Shown piece by piece: positions 59,463-64,000 of a stretch of DNA of 64,000 nucleotides. Source of the DNA: Leptonemataceae bacterium (GTDB lineage: Bacteria > Spirochaetota > Leptospiria > Leptospirales > Leptonemataceae); contig OZ245742.1 in assembly GCA_965227295.1 (NCBI GenBank), forward strand, positions 4,416,001 to 4,480,000, in the 5' to 3' direction. The position numbers and the translations under genes are program-made. Position 1 is the first letter of the stretch. Every line of letters starts with the position of its first letter. The notes below the pieces were generated by a model. That model ran no database searches. It saw nothing but the letters and a program-made list of their open reading frames with translations, and was not told the origin of the DNA.

Positions 59463-59591
59463 CTCTTCGCGTCAGCGATTGGAGGGGTTGCGAAGCAATT
59501 CCGGAGCGCGCAGCGCGGAGGAACGGAGGCGAAGCCGGAGCCCCGGAAAGCGCGGTCCCGGCCGCCTGGGCCTGGCGGCCGGGAGACGCCC
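59463..59591 (+). repeat. Family B repeat
   Basis: CTCTTCGCGTCAGCGATTGGAGGGG..GGCCGCCTGGGCCTGGCGGCC..GGAGACGCCC. Confidence 0.85.
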
Positions 59592-59616
59592 AAAGGAAAG
59601 TAAATTCGCACCTCGC

Positions 59617-59659
59617 CGCTACGCGGTGACTCGCGCTACGCGGTGACTCGCGCTACGCG
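59617..59659 (+). repeat. 17-bp tandem repeat, 2.5 copies
   Basis: CGCTACGCGGTGACTCG twice, then CGCTACGCG. Confidence 0.85.
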
Positions 59660-59700
59660 CGACCCTTCCAATCCCTGGCGCGAAGAACCGACTATTTCAC

Positions 59701-61545
59701 ATGACGGACCTCCTACAACGCAAACCGTACCTCGGGCGCCTCTTTCAAGACGGCGACGCCGGCCCCTTTTCCCTCGCCGTTGCGAAGAACGATGCTCCGG
59801 TCGTTCTGCATCGTGGTGGGGACCGCGAGCAGGCCCTGGCGTCGCGCCACGATCCTGGGCGGGAGATCGAGCGCCTCGTCGACACAGCACGCCTGGATAC
59901 ACTACGCGATTCGGAGATCGTGCTGATCCTGGGCCTCGGCAATCCGCTCGTCCTCGACGCGGTCAGCGCTCGCCTGGCGGACGGGCAGATCTGTCTGGCC
60001 GTGGACGCCTCGTTCGAACTCGGTCGACTGCTCTGCCGCAAACTTCCGCTCGTACAATCTTACCTGGAGCGGCCCGGCTGCCATCTGTTCCCCGGCAAGG
60101 ACTATCTGGTATCGCTGCAACACTATATCGAAGGGCTGCCCGCCGAACGACTGTCGGGCCTGCGCGTGCTCCGCCATCCGGCCTCACTGCGCCTGGCTCC
60201 GGATTTTTACGAGGGCGTCGAGGCCGACATCCGCGAAATTCTCAAGAGCAAGATGTCGGATCTCCTCACGCGCTTCGAGTTCGAGCGCACCTGGCTCAAG
60301 AACATTGTCATCAACTCCCGTCGGCTCCCGCCCCTTTCCGGAGATGATGCAGGAACTCTTACAAACGAGGAAGACCCTGCCCGCGCCACCGTGGGGCCGT
60401 TCCAGAATGCCCTGGCGAATCTGCCCGGCGTGTTGATTGCGGCCGGGCCGTCGCTGCGGGACAGCTTTGAACGCATCGCCCGGTTAAAGGAGCGGGCCTT
60501 CCTGCTCGCCTGCGATACGGCACTGAAACCGCTCATTCGCGCCGGCATCGTACCCCACGCCGTGTTGACCCTGGACGCCCAGCAACATACTCTCTTTCAC
60601 TTTCTCGGCGCCGACGGTCTCGCCGCGGCCCCCGGCGAGATTCTGTTCTTTGCCGATCTGGTCTGTCATCCGGCGGTGCTGCGGCGCGTCGAGGAGCACG
60701 CCCGCGCTATGATCTTTTCCACCACGGCCCGGGTGCAGCACCGCGCCGACGGTTCGCAGGTGCGTGAGGCGACTCCCGGTACCGAACACGCCGAAGAGAT
60801 CCACGGCCAGGTAGGTTCGGTGCAATCCGGTGGCTCGGTGGCGACGACGGGCTTCGACCTGCTGCGCAATCTCGGCTGCGATCCGATCTTGCTCATCGGC
60901 CAGGACCTGGCCTATACCGGACGGCGCATCCATTCGCCGGGCACGCATCATCAGGAACGCTGGCTTGCGGCGCTGCAACGCGATCGTTCCCTCCCGCACA
61001 TCATTGAAAGCGTGGTGCGCAAACGGCGCACGTTTCCCGTGGACGGTCTCGACGGCAGCGCGGTGCTCGGCGACTACGTGTTGAATCTGTACCGCGCCTG
61101 GTTCGAGCAATCCATCCCGGATGTTAACATTCGCGTGGTAAATCTTACGCGCGAGGGCGCGCGCATCGCCGGCGCCGATCGCCCGGCGGACATCGACGCC
61201 TTCATCGACGCCTTGCCCCCGCTCGCCGACCCGCGCGATCGTTTCGCCGGCGCGCCCCGGCCCCACGTGTTCGACCACGCCCTGAACCGGGAGTTGTACC
61301 GCGACCTGAACGCCGCCGTCCGCGCCGGGGATGCTGACGCACGCCGGGCCTTGTTCGAAAAGTACGAGTATCTGCGTCCGTTGAATCGCCGCGCCGAGGT
61401 CTACTTAAAGCGCAATCGCGAGAAGTTAGGCGAGGAGCGCGCACGAGAGCTCGCCGAGAACAACGTTCGCGACGCGCTGGAAAGTCTGGAACGCTCGCTC
61501 CGGCCGTTCTTCGCGGAATCCGCCCCCGCTCCGCCCCGCGAGTAG
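59701..61545 (+). CDS. Maf-family (DUF115/MptE-like) putative flagellin glycosyltransferase
   Basis: LGLG, AAGPSL, ACDTALK, GGSVAT, LIGQDLAY motifs. Confidence 0.85.
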   Translation: MTDLLQRKPYLGRLFQDGDAGPFSLAVAKNDAPVVLHRGGDREQALASRHDPGREIERLVDTARLDTLRDSEIVLILGLGNPLVLDAVSARLADGQICLAVDASFELGRLLCRKLPLVQSYLERPGCHLFPGKDYLVSLQHYIEGLPAERLSGLRVLRHPASLRLAPDFYEGVEADIREILKSKMSDLLTRFEFERTWLKNIVINSRRLPPLSGDDAGTLTNEEDPARATVGPFQNALANLPGVLIAAGPSLRDSFERIARLKERAFLLACDTALKPLIRAGIVPHAVLTLDAQQHTLFHFLGADGLAAAPGEILFFADLVCHPAVLRRVEEHARAMIFSTTARVQHRADGSQVREATPGTEHAEEIHGQVGSVQSGGSVATTGFDLLRNLGCDPILLIGQDLAYTGRRIHSPGTHHQERWLAALQRDRSLPHIIESVVRKRRTFPVDGLDGSAVLGDYVLNLYRAWFEQSIPDVNIRVVNLTREGARIAGADRPADIDAFIDALPPLADPRDRFAGAPRPHVFDHALNRELYRDLNAAVRAGDADARRALFEKYEYLRPLNRRAEVYLKRNREKLGEERARELAENNVRDALESLERSLRPFFAESAPAPPRE

Positions 61546-61570
61546 AGCGGGGGTGTATAGCGAGCACCCC

Positions 61571-61962
61571 GAAGGTTTTCGGTAGCTCAAGAACTGCAGT
61601 TCGTCGCGTCGGCCGTGAAAAACCGAAAGTAAGTCGCGAAACGCGCAGGGGATATTTTGGCTACGGTCCGCAGGAGTTGTGGATTTTCGTTTTGTAAGCC
61701 GCGAACCCGCACCCGCTCCGCCCCGCGGATAGAGCGGGGCTCCGGGGTGCGGGTTCGCTGGATGGATCTCTACGATGAAGACGCCGGTCCGGTGCGCCTT
61801 ACCATACTCCCCGACACAACCTCCGTTCATCTGCTGGAACCAGCTGTACCCATAAAAGCCTTAACATACACTGGCCGCAACTTACCCCACGATTCGGGAC
61901 GTGTGCGAATACCATAAACGTTTCCGGTAGTTCAAGAGCCGAGGTTCGTTGCGTCGGTCGTG
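61571..61962 (+). repeat. Family A copy (about 1.1 unit) bounded by 43-bp direct repeats
   Basis: TTTGGCTACGG at 61656; GCTGTACCCA at 61843; direct repeats 61575-61617 / 61920-61962 (35/43 identical). Confidence 0.9.
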
Positions 61963-61963
61963 T

Positions 61964-63556
61964 TTAGTCCATCCCGAGGAGCGAGCGCAGTTCTTTGGTG
62001 CGGTGATCGTGGGGACGCAGTTGTTCCAGCTCGCGGAAGGCCTCGCGGGCTTCGTCCATGCGATCCTCGTCGTGATAGATGCGCGCCGCGAGATACAGGG
62101 CGCCGGGGTTTTCGGGGCGCAGACTCAACGAACGTTTGAAGTGTTCCACGGCCAGGCCGGGGTTGCCCAGACGCCAGGCGCACTCCGACAGGATCGTATA
62201 CGAATCCGCGTTGTAGGGTTTCAGGGCGTTGTACTGGTGTAGATAGTCGATCGCCGTAGTGAAAAGTTCCGCCTGGAAGTGATACTTGCCGAGCAGAAAG
62301 AGCGTTTGCGTGTGTCGGGGAAAGATGGCCGCGGCTTCCTTTAAGATTTCGCAGGCGGCGATCAGGTCGCCCTCGTTGTGCCGACGACGGGCCGTGCGCA
62401 CAAGTTCGTTGAACTCCGCTTCCCGCTCCGAAAGCATGATCGTAATCAGCGTCAGATCGTCGGCGGCGTCGCGGCCCAGCGTAAACTTTTCGTAAAACTC
62501 CATGACGTGTTCGCAGGCAGCCTGCACGTCCATGCCGCGACTGCCTTTGATGACTTCGACGAGTTCTTCTTCGGATAGAAACTCGTCACGATCGTTGCGG
62601 GCCTCGGTGAGGCCGTCCGTGAAAACAAAGAGTTTGTCCCCGGGTTCGAGCTGCGTCTCATGATCTTCAAAGTGTTTGCCGGCGTCCGGAAACATGCCGA
62701 GCAGCGTGCCGCCGCCGGCAAGTTTCTCCACCTCGTGCGTGCGCGCCCGGTACAACAACGGCGCCGGGGCCGCCCCGTTGCTGTAGACCACCTGATTGTT
62801 CGCGTCGATGATCATGTAAAAGCCGGTGAGGTAGCCCTCTTTCTTTACGTAATGCAACAGGTCCAGGTTGACCTTCGTGAAGACTTCTTTCGGTGAATCG
62901 AGCAAATGTGCGTTGAATGAAAGTTTAGCGATGGCCGAGATCAGCGCCGCGGGAACGCCGTGGCCGGAGACGTCGCAGACCAGAAACCCCAGCTTGAGGC
63001 TGCCCAGCGTGAAGTAGTCGTAAAAATCGCCGGAGACCTCGGCCATGGGATAGAACTTCACCCAGAACCGCAGGCCCTTCCAGTCCGGAATGCGCCGGGG
63101 CACGAAACCCTTCTGGATGTTCCGGGCCATCTCCAGTTCCCGGCGGTTCATGCGGATCTGCCGCTCCAGTTCGTCGTTGGCCAGGTTGAGATAATCGACG
63201 GCGGTCAACAGATCGCGCTTTTCCTGGAGCAGGCCGGCCGAGCGTTGCAGGATTTCCTCCGTGCGCGCCTCCGGCCCGGAGTGCCCCGCCCCGCCGCTGA
63301 ACTCGCCGTCGGCAAAACTGCGTTCCAGAAAGCGCAGCATGAGATCGGCGGCGTCCAGTTCGTCGCAGAGCGCCCGTACGATGTCCCGCTCGGCCTCGAC
63401 GGTAACGCTGGTGAGTTCTTTAAGATTCAGGCAGACAGCCTTAAGGTCTTCCGGAAGTTTTTCAATGACCGCCGAAACGGCCAGACGGCCGAAACGTTCG
63501 CCCGCCGCATCCAGGACGGCCAGCAGGCGACGGGAAGGAATCTCGGGCACAGACAT
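61964..63556 (-). CDS. SpoIIE/PP2C-type phosphatase with C-terminal TPRs
   Basis: VSGDFYD, DVSGHGVPAA, FTDGLTEA, DDLT; TPR tail. Confidence 0.92.
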   Translation of the reverse strand: MSVPEIPSRRLLAVLDAAGERFGRLAVSAVIEKLPEDLKAVCLNLKELTSVTVEAERDIVRALCDELDAADLMLRFLERSFADGEFSGGAGHSGPEARTEEILQRSAGLLQEKRDLLTAVDYLNLANDELERQIRMNRRELEMARNIQKGFVPRRIPDWKGLRFWVKFYPMAEVSGDFYDYFTLGSLKLGFLVCDVSGHGVPAALISAIAKLSFNAHLLDSPKEVFTKVNLDLLHYVKKEGYLTGFYMIIDANNQVVYSNGAAPAPLLYRARTHEVEKLAGGGTLLGMFPDAGKHFEDHETQLEPGDKLFVFTDGLTEARNDRDEFLSEEELVEVIKGSRGMDVQAACEHVMEFYEKFTLGRDAADDLTLITIMLSEREAEFNELVRTARRRHNEGDLIAACEILKEAAAIFPRHTQTLFLLGKYHFQAELFTTAIDYLHQYNALKPYNADSYTILSECAWRLGNPGLAVEHFKRSLSLRPENPGALYLAARIYHDEDRMDEAREAFRELEQLRPHDHRTKELRSLLGMD

Positions 63557-63621
63557 GGACGACCGTAACTTAAGATCCGCCGGTGATCCGGCAATATCTT
63601 TCTAACGGAAATACGAAACAC

Positions 63622-64000
63622 TTACAGCGGAAAACGCTCTCCCGATTCCGGAATGTACACCTGCGCCGCGAGCCCGCGTTCGGCGTAGGCCTCGCGCAGG
63701 GCGTGCATGGCATCCGACTCGCCGTGGACCAGGAAGATCCGCTTCAGTGCATGGCGGCCGGCCAGGCCCGCGGCGAATTCCAGAAGATCGTTTCGATCGG
63801 CGTGAGCACTGAAGCCCTCGAGCGAACGCACCCGGGCATTGACCATGATCTGCTCACCGAAGATGCGGACCTTGCGCTCCCCGTCCCGCAACCGGCGCCC
63901 CAGGGTATACGGGGCCTGGAAACCCACGAGCAGGACCGAGTTCCGCACGTCCCCCAGGCCGTGAAAAAGATGATGGCGGATGCGACCGTTTTCACACATG
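63622..64000 (-). CDS. MBL/beta-CASP metallo-hydrolase (RNA-processing type), C-terminal part only
   Basis: VGFQAPYTLG, FSAHAD, LVHGE motifs. Confidence 0.88.
   Translation of the reverse strand, partial: MCENGRIRHHLFHGLGDVRNSVLLVGFQAPYTLGRRLRDGERKVRIFGEQIMVNARVRSLEGFSAHADRNDLLEFAAGLAGRHALKRIFLVHGESDAMHALREAYAERGLAAQVYIPESGERFPL

Overview
High-GC chromosomal segment of a spirochaete, most likely a Leptospiraceae member. The evidence is a FlaB flagellin, flgG-flgA-flgH-flgI-flgJ, the cytoplasmic filament protein CfpA and a short SMC. Most genes are housekeeping: glpD, queD, queF, pepA, bcp, trxB, pyrB, radC, panB, PBP1A, glpX, smc, a Maf-type glycosyltransferase and a TonB receptor. I saw no rRNA, tRNA, CRISPR array or transposase. 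The best candidate for a new system is the cfpA neighbourhood (28.8-41.3 kb). It holds a PPDK paralog with a degenerate ATP-grasp site but intact phospho-His and PEP-binding domains. The gene directly after cfpA has a C-terminal domain that aligns by eye with HPr, including a His15 equivalent. vWA/FHA-like and LysM-like membrane proteins complete the cluster. By inference, this could be a PTS-like PEP-driven phosphorelay tied to the spirochaete cytoskeleton. Other points of note are three non-coding repeat families (one a ~330-bp structured unit found both in tandem and dispersed), a probable orphan integron-cassette remnant, a four-domain DnaA paralog and an orphan DNA methyltransferase. All alignments were made by eye and no database searches were run.
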